Virus record (IMG/VR): IMGVR_UViG_3300030376_002891
Location: 1 to 64,000 of that record
Source of the DNA: an uncultured virus (IMG/VR IMGVR_UViG_3300030376_002891)
Lineage: Duplodnaviria; Heunggongvirae; Uroviricota; Caudoviricetes
Direction: 5' to 3' (one strand)
DNA length: 64,000 nt
Part shown: positions 8,586 to 18,405 of the stretch, one piece after another
Layout of the letters: every line of letters begins with the position of its first letter
Numbering within the stretch: position 1 is the first letter of the stretch
Made by a program: the position numbers and the translations under genes
The notes under the pieces: model-generated
Databases searched by the model: none
The model's input: the letters and a program-made list of their open reading frames with translations, nothing else
What the model was told of the DNA's origin: nothing

Positions 8586-8864
8586 TTATGAAGCTAACTT
8601 CATTAAAGAATAAGGCACGGTCCATTTACCACGACCTTCTTCCATAACTACAGCTTTCTTCGGGTTACATTTAACAATAACTCCGTGATGTTGTTTACCA
8701 CGAGGTCTGCCAAATATCACTTTTGCTCCGACAGCAAACTTGTTAATGTCTTCGGCTTTTGCTTTCGCAATACAAGCCTCAACAATATAAAGATGTTCTT
8801 TATGACTAGGTTCTCTAATCCAGTCTAACACTTTATTTAAATCATTAAATTTCACTTCTGACAT
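8586..8864 (-). CDS. Hypothetical early protein (SH3/KOW-like C-terminus)
   Basis: AAGGAG RBS; VGAKVIFG..GVIVKCNPKKAVV..WTVPYSL. Confidence 0.7.
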   Translation of the reverse strand: MSEVKFNDLNKVLDWIREPSHKEHLYIVEACIAKAKAEDINKFAVGAKVIFGRPRGKQHHGVIVKCNPKKAVVMEEGRGKWTVPYSLMKLAS

Positions 8865-8876
8865 AATATACTCCTT

Positions 8877-9239
8877 CTATTTAAGATATAAAGGTCCAGT
8901 CCACTGGATTGGATAGTTTCCAGTAAGAACATTTCCTCTAGGTTGATTTAAAGCAGGTGCATTAAAACCAGCAGGTTTCAATATATCGCCTTTTTTAAAA
9001 TGTTTAAAGTCTTCTTTTACGATAAATGCAAAGACACCGTTTTCTTGTACAATCTTAATGTACTTCTTACCAGGTCTTACAGATGTTTTACTATCCCATT
9101 TATCAACTTGTTCTTTACAATAACCTGATAATTCTTTACCACCAGTAGTAGACCATTTCAAATAGTCTTCTTTGGCACCAGCCATCAAGTTTTTTATTCC
9201 ATCATTTAAGTTATCAGCAGATTTATCAACTTTTATCAT
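8877..9239 (-). CDS. Conserved phage hypothetical early protein
   Basis: GKKYIKIV..FIVK..GDILKPAGFNAPA..RGNV..WTGPLYL, a motif familiar from marine T4-like phages. Confidence 0.75.
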   Translation of the reverse strand: MIKVDKSADNLNDGIKNLMAGAKEDYLKWSTTGGKELSGYCKEQVDKWDSKTSVRPGKKYIKIVQENGVFAFIVKEDFKHFKKGDILKPAGFNAPALNQPRGNVLTGNYPIQWTGPLYLK

Positions 9240-9240
9240 A

Positions 9241-9420
9241 TTATTGGTCCTCATTATTAAGTGTTAAGATAGTTCCAATAGTTGAACCTATCATTATTGC
9301 AACCATTATAAAGAACATTGTCCAGTTTTCTTGTCCTAAACAATGACCTCCACAATCTTCAATTGAACCAACTGCCAAAATGGCAGAAAGTATAGCAGTA
9401 ATACTAAAAAAAGTATTCAT
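9241..9420 (-). CDS. Small two-TM membrane protein
   Basis: ATG 9420 with AAGGA RBS; first gene below promoter 9459-9487. Confidence 0.65.
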   Translation of the reverse strand: MNTFFSITAILSAILAVGSIEDCGGHCLGQENWTMFFIMVAIMIGSTIGTILTLNNEDQ

Positions 9421-9458
9421 AGTGTTTTGTCCTTTCGTTTTATTCATAATATACATAC

Positions 9459-9487
9459 ATATTACCATAGTTTAATAACATTGTCAA
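9459..9487 (-). promoter_or_regulatory. Sigma70-type (early) promoter
   Basis: TTGACA-17 bp-TAATAT with TG extension; A-rich upstream element. Confidence 0.75.
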
Positions 9488-9504
9488 GCAAAAAATGCCC
9501 TAAA

Positions 9505-9696
9505 ATGAAAAAAAATCAACAAAAAATACTAGTGTTCTTGTTTTGTTCTCTATTTTTCTTAAATAGTTGCGGAATTCATTGGAAAAAATGCAAATTTACA
9601 CCCGATTACGGACGAATCAGCGAATCAATCTACAAGTCGGTAGAAAAAGACAAATTTATTGCGTTTAGAACGGGACAATTTTCGTGTCCTTTTTAA
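9505..9696 (+). CDS. Possible small lipoprotein
   Basis: MKKNQQKILVFLFCSLFFLNSC: basic N-terminus, hydrophobic core, lipobox-like LNSC; no clear RBS. Confidence 0.35.
   Translation: MKKNQQKILVFLFCSLFFLNSCGIHWKKCKFTPDYGRISESIYKSVEKDKFIAFRTGQFSCPF
9534..9548 (-). promoter_or_regulatory. Alphaproteobacterial LexA-like box GTTC-N7-GTTC
   Basis: GTTCTTGTTTTGTTC about 47 bp upstream of the -35 of the minus-strand early promoter. Confidence 0.4.
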
Positions 9697-9729
9697 TTTT
9701 CAACTAAATATACTTAACAAAAGGATTTT

Positions 9730-9879
9730 ATGGCATTACCAAAGTTTGGTGTGAGTTTGTATTCCCCAGGTAAGGGAAAAAAGACTTCACAAGGGGTCAG
9801 AAAAAGGATGATAAAAAAATCATCTATGAATAAGAGTAAAAAACGAAGTTGGAAAGCATATAAAGGACAAGGAAAATAG
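9730..9879 (+). CDS. Small very basic protein (49 aa, ends AYKGQGK), below the ORF-track cutoff
   Basis: AAGGA RBS; MALPKFGVSLYSPGKGKKTSQGVRKRMIKKSSMNKSKKRSWKAYKGQGK resembles the small Y(R/K)GQG proteins found before gp25 in marine T4-like phages. Confidence 0.7.
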   Translation: MALPKFGVSLYSPGKGKKTSQGVRKRMIKKSSMNKSKKRSWKAYKGQGK

Positions 9880-10088
9880 TGGAAGGCAAATTTGTTATTA
9901 AAATTGGCAATCAACTACACACTTATACTCAATATGATGAAATTCCTAGTGAGATAGGTGCGGTCATTTCGTTTGAGCCTAAATATCCTGAAGAACCACA
10001 TACAGAAGAAGAACATAATTTAATAGAAACCTTTAACGACAAATTAAAACAATTAATGGAGAGAGAATGCCTGCGGTTACGAGGATAG
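9879..10088 (+). CDS. Conserved hypothetical protein upstream of PAAR
   Basis: GTG start coupled to upstream stop; P..PHTEEEH motif. Confidence 0.65.
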   Translation: MEGKFVIKIGNQLHTYTQYDEIPSEIGAVISFEPKYPEEPHTEEEHNLIETFNDKLKQLMERECLRLRG

Positions 10089-10354
10089 GAGATAAAGATG
10101 TTACCCATTGTAGTACACCTGCTAGAGCAGTAGGTTCTCCAGATGTATTTTGCAACGGTATAGCAATCAGTAGACAAGGCGATAATAACACGGTACACTT
10201 ACTACCTGGTTTACCTTGCCCAGCACACGCTGCCCCTATTGCAACTGGTAGTACAACGGTCTTTATAAATGGCAAAGGTTGTGGTCGTGTAGGTGACGCA
10301 ATATCGGGTTGTACAAGTGTTGCTCAAGGTTCTCCTAATGTCTTTGCCGGTTAG
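10067..10354 (+). CDS. PAAR spike-tip protein (gp5.4-like)
   Basis: MPAVTRIGD..H, RQGD..H, GRVGD..C..GSPNVFAG. Confidence 0.92.
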   Translation: MPAVTRIGDKDVTHCSTPARAVGSPDVFCNGIAISRQGDNNTVHLLPGLPCPAHAAPIATGSTTVFINGKGCGRVGDAISGCTSVAQGSPNVFAG

Positions 10355-10356
10355 TG

Positions 10357-10364
10357 TATAAATA
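10357..10364 (+). promoter_or_regulatory. T4-type late promoter
   Basis: TATAAATA before gp25. Confidence 0.75.
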
Positions 10365-10372
10365 TTAGTGTT

Positions 10373-10798
10373 ATGGCATTCTACGATTCAAAAGCAAGCA
10401 CTAGTAAAAAAAGAGTAAATAGGATTTATTCTGATTTAGACCTAGATTTCACAAGAAATCCGGTTACAGGAGATGTGGTTAAACTTATTGATGTAGACGC
10501 TGTTAAAAGAAGTGTAAAGAATTTAATACAAACAAATCATTATGAGAGACCTTTTCATCCTGAAATAGGAAGTGATGTAAGAGCATTGTTATTTGAAAAT
10601 ATGACGCCGTTAACTGCTCTTAATTTAGAAAGAAAAGTTGCTGAGGTTTTAATTAACTTTGAACCAAGAGCAAGTATTGAAAGTATCGTTGCAAGTCCTG
10701 ATATAGACGCAAATAGATACCACTTACAAATTAGTTTCTATGTTGTAGGTATTCAATCACCAATCGTAGTAGAAACATTTTTACAAAGGTTAAGATAG
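10373..10798 (+). CDS. gp25: Baseplate wedge subunit gp25
   Basis: YSDLDLDF..AVKRSVKNLI.T..YERPFHPEIGS..FEPR. Confidence 0.93.
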   Translation: MAFYDSKASTSKKRVNRIYSDLDLDFTRNPVTGDVVKLIDVDAVKRSVKNLIQTNHYERPFHPEIGSDVRALLFENMTPLTALNLERKVAEVLINFEPRASIESIVASPDIDANRYHLQISFYVVGIQSPIVVETFLQRLR

Positions 10799-12652
10799 AT
10801 GGCAAGTACAAAACTAGATATTACAGAACTGGATTTTGACCAGATAAAACAAAATTTAAAAGTATTCTTACAAGCACAACCTGAATTTTCAGACTACAAC
10901 TTTGAAGGTAGTGGTTTCGCTGTTCTATTAGACTTACTTGCTTACAATACACACTATCTAGGTTTCAATGCTAATATGTTAGCAAACGAAATGTATTTGG
11001 ATTCTGCTGATGTTAGAGCAAATGTAGTTTCACTTGCTAAGATGTTAGGTTATACACCTGCAAGTGCAAAAGCACCTGTAGCAAATATTGATGTTGTTGT
11101 CAATGACGCAACAGGAACAACTTTAACAATGAATAAAGGTACGGTGTTTACTTCTTCTGTAGACGGAACAACTTATAACTTTATTACTAATACAGATACA
11201 ACAACTTCACCTGTTGATGGTGTATTTAAATTTTCTAGTATACCTGTTTACGAAGGTACACCAGTAACCTTTAGATATACGGTTGACACACAAGACCCAG
11301 ACCAAAAATATATAATACCTAGTGTAAACGCTGATACAACTACACTACAAATAAAAGTACAAAAGAGTTTAAATGACCAAACTTCTGAAACATATACAGG
11401 TGTTTCTGGATTATTAAAATTAAATAACGAAAGTCAAATATACTTCTTATCAGAAACAGATACAGGTAAATTTGAAGTTAAGTTTGGTGATGGTATTATC
11501 GGTAAGAAATTAGAACACGGTAATATCGTAATTATGGATTATATCGTAACCAATAGGTCAGAAGCGAATGGTGCTAAACTATTTAATCCTGCTGGTAATA
11601 TTGGTTCGTTTTCAAATATCACGGTTACTACCGTATCAGAAGCACAAGGTGGTTCAGCACCTGAAACAAAAGAGAGTATTCGTTTCAATGCGCCACTTCA
11701 ATATACTGCACAAGATAGAGCGGTAACAACTTCTGATTATGAAACAAAAGTAATATCAATTTATCCTAACACACAATCAGTTAGTGCTTGGGGAGGTGAA
11801 GATGACGAAACACCAGTTTACGGTGTTGTAAAAATCGCAATCAAACCTACTTCAGGTTCTACACTAACAACACAAACAAAAGCAGATATAGTTTCACAAT
11901 TAAAAGAATATAATGTTGCTTCGGTAACACCTCAAATTGTGGATCCTGAAATAACAAGTATTGTTTTAAATTCAACTGCAAAGTATAATGAAAGAGCAAC
12001 TACTAAAGACGCTGAAACAATTAAATCAGATATTATTAGTACATTAGGTAAATACAATGTATCAACTTTACAAAAATTTGATAGTATGTTTAGACACTCT
12101 AAAGTTATCAAAGAGATTGATGATACAGACCAAAGTATACTATCTAACATCACAACATTAAAAGTAAGAAAATCATTTGCCCCTACATTAAATTCATCTT
12201 TGAAGTATAACATTTACTTTAGAAATGCAATTTACAATCCACATATGGGACATAATTCATCAATGGGTGGTGTGGTTACATCTACTGGTTTTAAAGTAGC
12301 AGGTTCTACTTTTGAACAATTTTTAGATGATGATGGTAATGGAAATATAAGAGCATACTATCTATCAGGTGCAACTAGAGTTTATACTAACTCAACGCAA
12401 GGTACGGTTGATTATACAACTGGTGCAATTACAATTAATTCATTACAGATTACAGAAATTTCAAATATAAGAGGGAGTGCTTCAACGGTGATAGAAGTAA
12501 CCGTGCAACCTGCTTCAAACGATATTGTTCCTGTTAGAGACCAGATTTTAGAGTTAGATATTACTAACTCAACGATTAAGGTTGAGAAGGATTCCTTTGT
12601 CGGAGGAAGCTCGGATGCTGGTGTCGGTTATACTACCACTTCTGCATATTAA
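10799..12652 (+). CDS. gp6: Baseplate wedge subunit gp6
   Basis: LDFDQIK.NLK..DYNFEGS..LLDLLAYNTHY; QDRAVT..DYE. Confidence 0.95.
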   Translation: MASTKLDITELDFDQIKQNLKVFLQAQPEFSDYNFEGSGFAVLLDLLAYNTHYLGFNANMLANEMYLDSADVRANVVSLAKMLGYTPASAKAPVANIDVVVNDATGTTLTMNKGTVFTSSVDGTTYNFITNTDTTTSPVDGVFKFSSIPVYEGTPVTFRYTVDTQDPDQKYIIPSVNADTTTLQIKVQKSLNDQTSETYTGVSGLLKLNNESQIYFLSETDTGKFEVKFGDGIIGKKLEHGNIVIMDYIVTNRSEANGAKLFNPAGNIGSFSNITVTTVSEAQGGSAPETKESIRFNAPLQYTAQDRAVTTSDYETKVISIYPNTQSVSAWGGEDDETPVYGVVKIAIKPTSGSTLTTQTKADIVSQLKEYNVASVTPQIVDPEITSIVLNSTAKYNERATTKDAETIKSDIISTLGKYNVSTLQKFDSMFRHSKVIKEIDDTDQSILSNITTLKVRKSFAPTLNSSLKYNIYFRNAIYNPHMGHNSSMGGVVTSTGFKVAGSTFEQFLDDDGNGNIRAYYLSGATRVYTNSTQGTVDYTTGAITINSLQITEISNIRGSASTVIEVTVQPASNDIVPVRDQILELDITNSTIKVEKDSFVGGSSDAGVGYTTTSAY

Positions 12653-12656
12653 TTAG

Positions 12657-15221
12657 ATGAAGTTTAATAAGAAGATTACAAACCTTCTGCAAGGTCAGTT
12701 ACCTGAATTTGCATTAGAACAGCATCCTAAATTTTTAGAGTTTGTCAAAACTTATTTCCAGTTAATGGAATCTGCTGAACTGCAAATTACTTCTTCACAA
12801 TCTACAGATGGTATCTTACTAGAAACAGAAACAGGTCAATCTAATAATTTAATATTAGACGCAAGTAGACTTGGTTCAGAAGCAACTCAAATAGACGCCG
12901 GTTCTAAAGTCTTACAAGAGACTTCTTCTTTTGGTAAGTTTACAACTGGTGAAACAATTAAAGGCGAAACATCAAACGCAACTGCTGTTATATTAGCAGA
13001 AGATTTAGTTAACAATAGATTATTCATTACAGCAGAAGATAAATTTATAGAAGGTGAAACGGTTACTGGTATTTCTTCTCAAGCGTCTGGTGTATCAGGA
13101 AACTATAGACCTAATCCTGTAAAAACAATACAAGACTTATTATCATTTAGAGATCCAGACAAAGTTATCTCACACTTCTTATCTCAATTTAGAAATGAAG
13201 TATTAAATACAATACCTGAAAATTTAACAGACAATCTAAACAAAAGAGAATTAATTAAAAGAGTTAAATCTTTGTATCGTACTAAAGGTACTGCAAAAGG
13301 ACACGAATTATTTTTTAGATTATTATTTGGTATCTCTTCTGAAACATTTTATCCTAAAGAACAAATGCTTAGAGTATCAGATGGTGAGTTTACTTCAAAC
13401 ACAATATTAAGATGTATTAATTCAATCGGTGATACTGGTAAATTAATTGGAAGAAAAGTTGAAGGTATTACTTCTGGTGCAACTGCGATTATAGAAAACA
13501 TATCTCGTTTTCAAATTTCAAGTGAAGTTGTATCTGAATTTTTATTAAACCAAGAAAGTATTGTAGGTACATTCCAAGTAGGTGAAACTATTAGAGGTAC
13601 TGAAACTGATACAGACGACTTGTATATTAAAACAACTATCACAGGTATACCTGGACAATTTACAATTACAAATGATGGTTCTCTATTTGAAGAATCCGAC
13701 ATTGTAGATTTAGTAGGTGGTGGTGCTGGTGCAAATTGTCAAGTTGCTGAAATAGGTGCTGGTCAAATTACAGATTTTTATATTAATGCTTCTGGTACAC
13801 AATATCAAATAGGCGACAAACTAGTTTTCAATAATGCAAATACAAATGGTGCCGGTGCAATAGCAGAAGTTGCTGTTGTTAATGGTGCAATTGCAGGAGA
13901 AACTGGAAGTGGTTACGACCATATTGTATTTGAAGACGCAACAAGTAAGAATGATATTAACCCAGGTAGTAAAATGGTTTTAGAATCTGGTCTAGGTGAT
14001 ATTACAGACATAAGATTAATTAAAGGTGGTTCTGGTTATACTAAAATACCTACGGTTACAATTACTTCTGATAATGGTTTATCTGCTGAGATTTACGCAT
14101 ACGGAAGAGATATTGGAAAACTTCTAGGTATCAATACGGTTGAACCTGGTTTCAAACACGATTTAAGTCCATCTCCACCAACGGTTAAATTACCACAATC
14201 AATTCTTATATTACAATCTTCAGGTAATTATGCTGTAGGAGAAACGGTTACAGGTGGAACTTCAGGTAGTACAGGTGTTGTATTATCTTGGGACGCAACA
14301 AGAGGTCTATTAAGATTAAAAGATGTTAGTGGTGCATTTATAGGACACGAAGTTATGACTGGTAGTCTTTCTTCGGTAACTGGTCTAATGGCAAAAACAG
14401 ATTTAGCAACTGCAACGGTTGATGTTGTAGGTACTTCAACAAGTGAAGGTAAATATATTTCAGAAGATGGTCACTTATCAGAAACAACTATGAAGATACA
14501 AGATAGTTTATACTATCAGGACTTTTCTTATGTTATTAAAGTAGGTCGTACTATTGATGAATGGCGAGACGCATTTAAAAAGACAATGCACCCTGCTGGT
14601 TTCTACTTTACTGCACAAGTAAATATTGAAAGTAGACTTAATGCAAAAAATAGAATGCCTGTTATTGGTAGGGTTACTGGTATTGAGGCAAGTCCATTTA
14701 TTTCTGTATTGAATACATTGTTTGGTACAATCTTTGGAAGAAGACTAGGTACTATAGATGATGGTACTACATTAAGAGGTACTGGTTCTAACGATAGACA
14801 ATTAGGTTTACCTGCTGATGTTGTACAATCTGCTCTTTCACCTTTTGCAACTAACACAAGAGACTTAACTCTACATAGAACAAAAATAAGTTTTACATTT
14901 CAATTTAAACCGTTTTATAACTTTAGAACGGTCAATACTAATTTTGGGTCAGTATATGCAGGACCAAGATTAAGAAGTTTCAATAAATACTTTCAACAAT
15001 CAATGTCTGCTTCTGCAATGAATTGGGCAAGAGTATCAGAATTAAAGGCAATAGGTACAAATACTAATGCTGATGGCACAGACTTGCAATATGGTGATTT
15101 AACTACTATTGCAAAGACATATATTACATATCCTGCTACGGTTCTAGTGCCTCAAGGTAGATTTAGTAATACACAGAAAAAATTTAGTAGTGGAACAGCG
15201 AGATTTGACTCAACTGCTTAA
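12657..15221 (+). CDS. gp7: Baseplate wedge initiator (gp7-like)
   Basis: Follows gp6; LYRTKGT..FFRLLFG and IQDSLYYQDFSYVIK..HPAGF motifs. Confidence 0.75.
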   Translation: MKFNKKITNLLQGQLPEFALEQHPKFLEFVKTYFQLMESAELQITSSQSTDGILLETETGQSNNLILDASRLGSEATQIDAGSKVLQETSSFGKFTTGETIKGETSNATAVILAEDLVNNRLFITAEDKFIEGETVTGISSQASGVSGNYRPNPVKTIQDLLSFRDPDKVISHFLSQFRNEVLNTIPENLTDNLNKRELIKRVKSLYRTKGTAKGHELFFRLLFGISSETFYPKEQMLRVSDGEFTSNTILRCINSIGDTGKLIGRKVEGITSGATAIIENISRFQISSEVVSEFLLNQESIVGTFQVGETIRGTETDTDDLYIKTTITGIPGQFTITNDGSLFEESDIVDLVGGGAGANCQVAEIGAGQITDFYINASGTQYQIGDKLVFNNANTNGAGAIAEVAVVNGAIAGETGSGYDHIVFEDATSKNDINPGSKMVLESGLGDITDIRLIKGGSGYTKIPTVTITSDNGLSAEIYAYGRDIGKLLGINTVEPGFKHDLSPSPPTVKLPQSILILQSSGNYAVGETVTGGTSGSTGVVLSWDATRGLLRLKDVSGAFIGHEVMTGSLSSVTGLMAKTDLATATVDVVGTSTSEGKYISEDGHLSETTMKIQDSLYYQDFSYVIKVGRTIDEWRDAFKKTMHPAGFYFTAQVNIESRLNAKNRMPVIGRVTGIEASPFISVLNTLFGTIFGRRLGTIDDGTTLRGTGSNDRQLGLPADVVQSALSPFATNTRDLTLHRTKISFTFQFKPFYNFRTVNTNFGSVYAGPRLRSFNKYFQQSMSASAMNWARVSELKAIGTNTNADGTDLQYGDLTTIAKTYITYPATVLVPQGRFSNTQKKFSSGTARFDSTA

Positions 15222-15228
15222 AATCGGT

Positions 15229-15236
15229 TATAAATA
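15229..15236 (+). promoter_or_regulatory. T4-type late promoter
   Basis: TATAAATA. Confidence 0.75.
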
Positions 15237-15257
15237 TTAGGATAGGAAGATAAAAAT

Positions 15258-16880
15258 ATGGCAAAACAAAGTATAGGATTAGGAACCACAGCGAATGACG
15301 GCACAGGTGATAACCTGCGTGTAGGTGGTGATAAGGTCAACGATAATTTTGATGAAATTTACACGGCCTTAGGCGACGGTTCGTCATTACAGATAACAAC
15401 CACTGGTGCTTCTTCTAACCAAGTACTTCAATGGAATACTTCTAATAATAGATTTGAACCAACTGCTTCTGCGGCTGCAGGAGATATATCCGTAGACACA
15501 ACTCCACAACTTGGTGGTGATTTAGATGTTAACGGAAACAATATTATATCACAAGGAAATGCTGATATTAATATTATACCTAATGGTACTGGTAGAGTTA
15601 AATTTGGTTCTTTAAGATTTCCTACAGGTGCTGGTACTTCAACATATGTACTTGCAACTGACGGTGCTGCCGATATGTACTGGAAACAAGTAGGTTCTGT
15701 AATTAACTTATCTGCTGATAGTGGAACAAACGACCAATATACGGTAGGTGATGTTCTTAACTTTACTGGTGGTACAGGATTAACTTCAACGGTTTTAGAT
15801 GACACAATTAAATTTGATATAGATTCAAATGTCGTAACCTTAGCAGATAACCAAACTCTTTCAAACAAAACAATAGACAATCCTGTTTTTACAGGAACTT
15901 CTTCTGGTAATGTTCAAATTAGAGCTGCAACTCTTGGTTCTTATATTGCACAAGGTGGAACTGCTCTTGCAGGATTTGAAAATGCAACAACTTATGCTGG
16001 TGCGTTTGCTGTTGATACAACAACTTATAAATCTTACTATGCCGCTAACGGTGTATGGAACGAACTTTTATCTTCAACTTCATCTATAGATATATTATCA
16101 GATGTAGACACAACTACACAAGCACCTACAAGTGGTCAAGCATTAATATGGAATGCCGGTTCAAGTCAATGGAGACCTACGACATTATCTGTACCTGTAT
16201 CTTCTGATACTGCGCCAAGTTTAGGTGGTAATTTAGATACTGCCGGTTATACAATTCAAGGAACTGGTAATATAAGTTTAAGTGGTTCTGGTTCTATTGT
16301 TAAATCAGATTTCGTTAACACTGGAGCATTACCTAACGCAACAAGTAGTGTTGGTGCCTTTGCGGTAACAACAAATAACAATCTTGCTCTTTTTGCAACC
16401 TCTTCAGGTTGGATAGGATTACTATCTGAAAATGATGGTATTAGCTCGTTTACAGATGTAGACACAACAACTAATCCTCCGTCTTATGGACAAGTATTAG
16501 TATATGAAAATGTAGCAGGTCAAGGTCGTTGGAGACCTAATGATTATACTCCTGCTGTTAGAGTATCAGCACAATTTACGGTAACTGCAAATGGTTCAAG
16601 TGATTTTGTATTTAATGGTGATGGTTTTCCATCAGCACAAAATGACCCAGTTTTATACTTAAAGAAAGGATTAACATATCAATTCGTAATGAACCAAGGT
16701 GGTTCACATCCTTTTGAAATTAGAACTGCGTCAGGTGGTTCTGCATATTCTTTCGGAGTAACCAATAATGGTGCTTCTTCAGGAACACTAACATTTACGA
16801 TACCAATGAATGCTCCGTCAACATTGTATTATCAATGTACTTCACATAGTGGTATGGGAGCAGTAATTAATATAGATTAA
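15258..16880 (+). CDS. Baseplate/fibre protein with gp9/gp10-like N-terminus and C-terminal cupredoxin-like domain
   Basis: GTTANDGTGDNLRVGGDKVNDNFDEIY N-terminus; PQLGGDLD repeats; HPF..LYYQCTSHSGM C-terminus. Confidence 0.75.
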   Translation: MAKQSIGLGTTANDGTGDNLRVGGDKVNDNFDEIYTALGDGSSLQITTTGASSNQVLQWNTSNNRFEPTASAAAGDISVDTTPQLGGDLDVNGNNIISQGNADINIIPNGTGRVKFGSLRFPTGAGTSTYVLATDGAADMYWKQVGSVINLSADSGTNDQYTVGDVLNFTGGTGLTSTVLDDTIKFDIDSNVVTLADNQTLSNKTIDNPVFTGTSSGNVQIRAATLGSYIAQGGTALAGFENATTYAGAFAVDTTTYKSYYAANGVWNELLSSTSSIDILSDVDTTTQAPTSGQALIWNAGSSQWRPTTLSVPVSSDTAPSLGGNLDTAGYTIQGTGNISLSGSGSIVKSDFVNTGALPNATSSVGAFAVTTNNNLALFATSSGWIGLLSENDGISSFTDVDTTTNPPSYGQVLVYENVAGQGRWRPNDYTPAVRVSAQFTVTANGSSDFVFNGDGFPSAQNDPVLYLKKGLTYQFVMNQGGSHPFEIRTASGGSAYSFGVTNNGASSGTLTFTIPMNAPSTLYYQCTSHSGMGAVINID

Positions 16881-16899
16881 TAGAGTTAATGAGAAGATG

Positions 16900-16907
16900 T
16901 ATAAATA
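16900..16907 (+). promoter_or_regulatory. T4-type late promoter
   Basis: TATAAATA. Confidence 0.75.
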
Positions 16908-16932
16908 TATCAAAGAACATAGGAATTAAACA

Positions 16933-18393
16933 ATGCCAGCAATTATAACAAACAAATTTAGAAGAAATAACGCTCAGCAATTTGAAGAATCTTTTGGTGA
17001 AGCGTCTCCTAATATCTATTATCTAGGTATAGGAAAACCTTCTGCGTTTGGTACTAAAACTAGACCAGATGGTAGAACAGAAAATATTGGAACAGATAGT
17101 GCTCCAGTAACCCCAGCGGATTCAGTACAAGATGAGTATGATACTTTTGATGATTTACTTGCCGCTAAAAGAATTACAAGCTCAGATGTAAGTTTTGCTT
17201 GTCCTAGAATTAACTGGACAACAAATACAACTTATGATATTTACAGACACGACTATGGAAACAGAATTACTGGTTCTACTAATTTACAAAGTGCTCATAG
17301 TGGTGCAACTAATTTATATGATTCAAATTTCTATGTTTTAAATTCCAACTTCAATGTTTATAAGTGTTTAGATAACGATAATAACACACCTTCAACGGTT
17401 GAACCTACTGGCGAGTCAACTTTGATTTTAGAAACTGCTGATGGATACAAATGGAAATATATGTACACTATGTCTGCTGCTCAACAAGCAAACTTCTTGT
17501 CAACAGACTTTATGGGAGTTTCAACTAACTCAACGGTTACAAACAACGCAACAGACGGTGATGTTAATATCATCAAAATTAAAACTGCTGGTACAGGTGG
17601 TACTGCTGGAACTTATACAAACATTCCTTTAAGAGGAGATGGTTCTGGTGGAACTTGTACGGTTACGGTTTCAAGTGGTTCGGTTACTTCTGTTATCGCA
17701 ACAGGAACACCAACAGGATATACTTTTGCAAATGTAAGAGTGGCAGATATTAATGCTGCCGGTGGTGGTGCATTAACTGGTGCTGAACTAGATTGTATTA
17801 TTGAACCAAAAGGTGGTCACGGTTTTGACCCATTTGAAGAATTAGGTGCTTTCTTTGTAATACTTAATACTTCTTTTGAAGGTGCTGAAACTGCAAACTC
17901 TGGTGACTTTACAACTGCAAACGATTTTAGAAGAGTTGCATTGCTTAGGGATCCTAAATCTGCTGGTTCGGCTGCAACGACAGCAACATTAAGAGCAACT
18001 AAAGCTGTTAGATTAAATTCAGGTGCTGGTACTTTTCAATCAGACGAAGTAATTACTCAAACAAACACAGGTGCTGTTGGTAAAGTAGTAGAATTTGATA
18101 CTGCAAATAATATCTTATTTTACACACAAACAAGATATAATGATGAAGGTGTTGACGCAAGTGGAGACGGAACTTTATTTAGTGGTACAAATGTAATCAC
18201 AGGTTCAACTTCTAGTGCAACTGGAACACCTACAGGTAATACTGAAACGGTTAACAATGTTTCTTTAGTTTCTGGTTATTCAACTTCTGAAATTGACGCT
18301 GACTCTGGCGATGTAATGTACATTGAGAACAGAGCACCTGTTAATAGAAGTGCTGACCAAACGGAGAATGTTAAGTTAATCATAGAATTTTAA
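16933..18393 (+). CDS. gp8: Baseplate wedge subunit gp8
   Basis: MPAIITNKFR, VYKCLDN..PT..DGYKWKYMY, YIENRAP..R..DQTENVKLIIEF. Confidence 0.93.
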   Translation: MPAIITNKFRRNNAQQFEESFGEASPNIYYLGIGKPSAFGTKTRPDGRTENIGTDSAPVTPADSVQDEYDTFDDLLAAKRITSSDVSFACPRINWTTNTTYDIYRHDYGNRITGSTNLQSAHSGATNLYDSNFYVLNSNFNVYKCLDNDNNTPSTVEPTGESTLILETADGYKWKYMYTMSAAQQANFLSTDFMGVSTNSTVTNNATDGDVNIIKIKTAGTGGTAGTYTNIPLRGDGSGGTCTVTVSSGSVTSVIATGTPTGYTFANVRVADINAAGGGALTGAELDCIIEPKGGHGFDPFEELGAFFVILNTSFEGAETANSGDFTTANDFRRVALLRDPKSAGSAATTATLRATKAVRLNSGAGTFQSDEVITQTNTGAVGKVVEFDTANNILFYTQTRYNDEGVDASGDGTLFSGTNVITGSTSSATGTPTGNTETVNNVSLVSGYSTSEIDADSGDVMYIENRAPVNRSADQTENVKLIIEF

Positions 18394-18405
18394 AGAGGAA
18401 AATAA

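Noticed and set aside
9613..9627. CGAATCA direct repeat
   Set aside because: Only two copies inside a possible ORF; too little to assign a function
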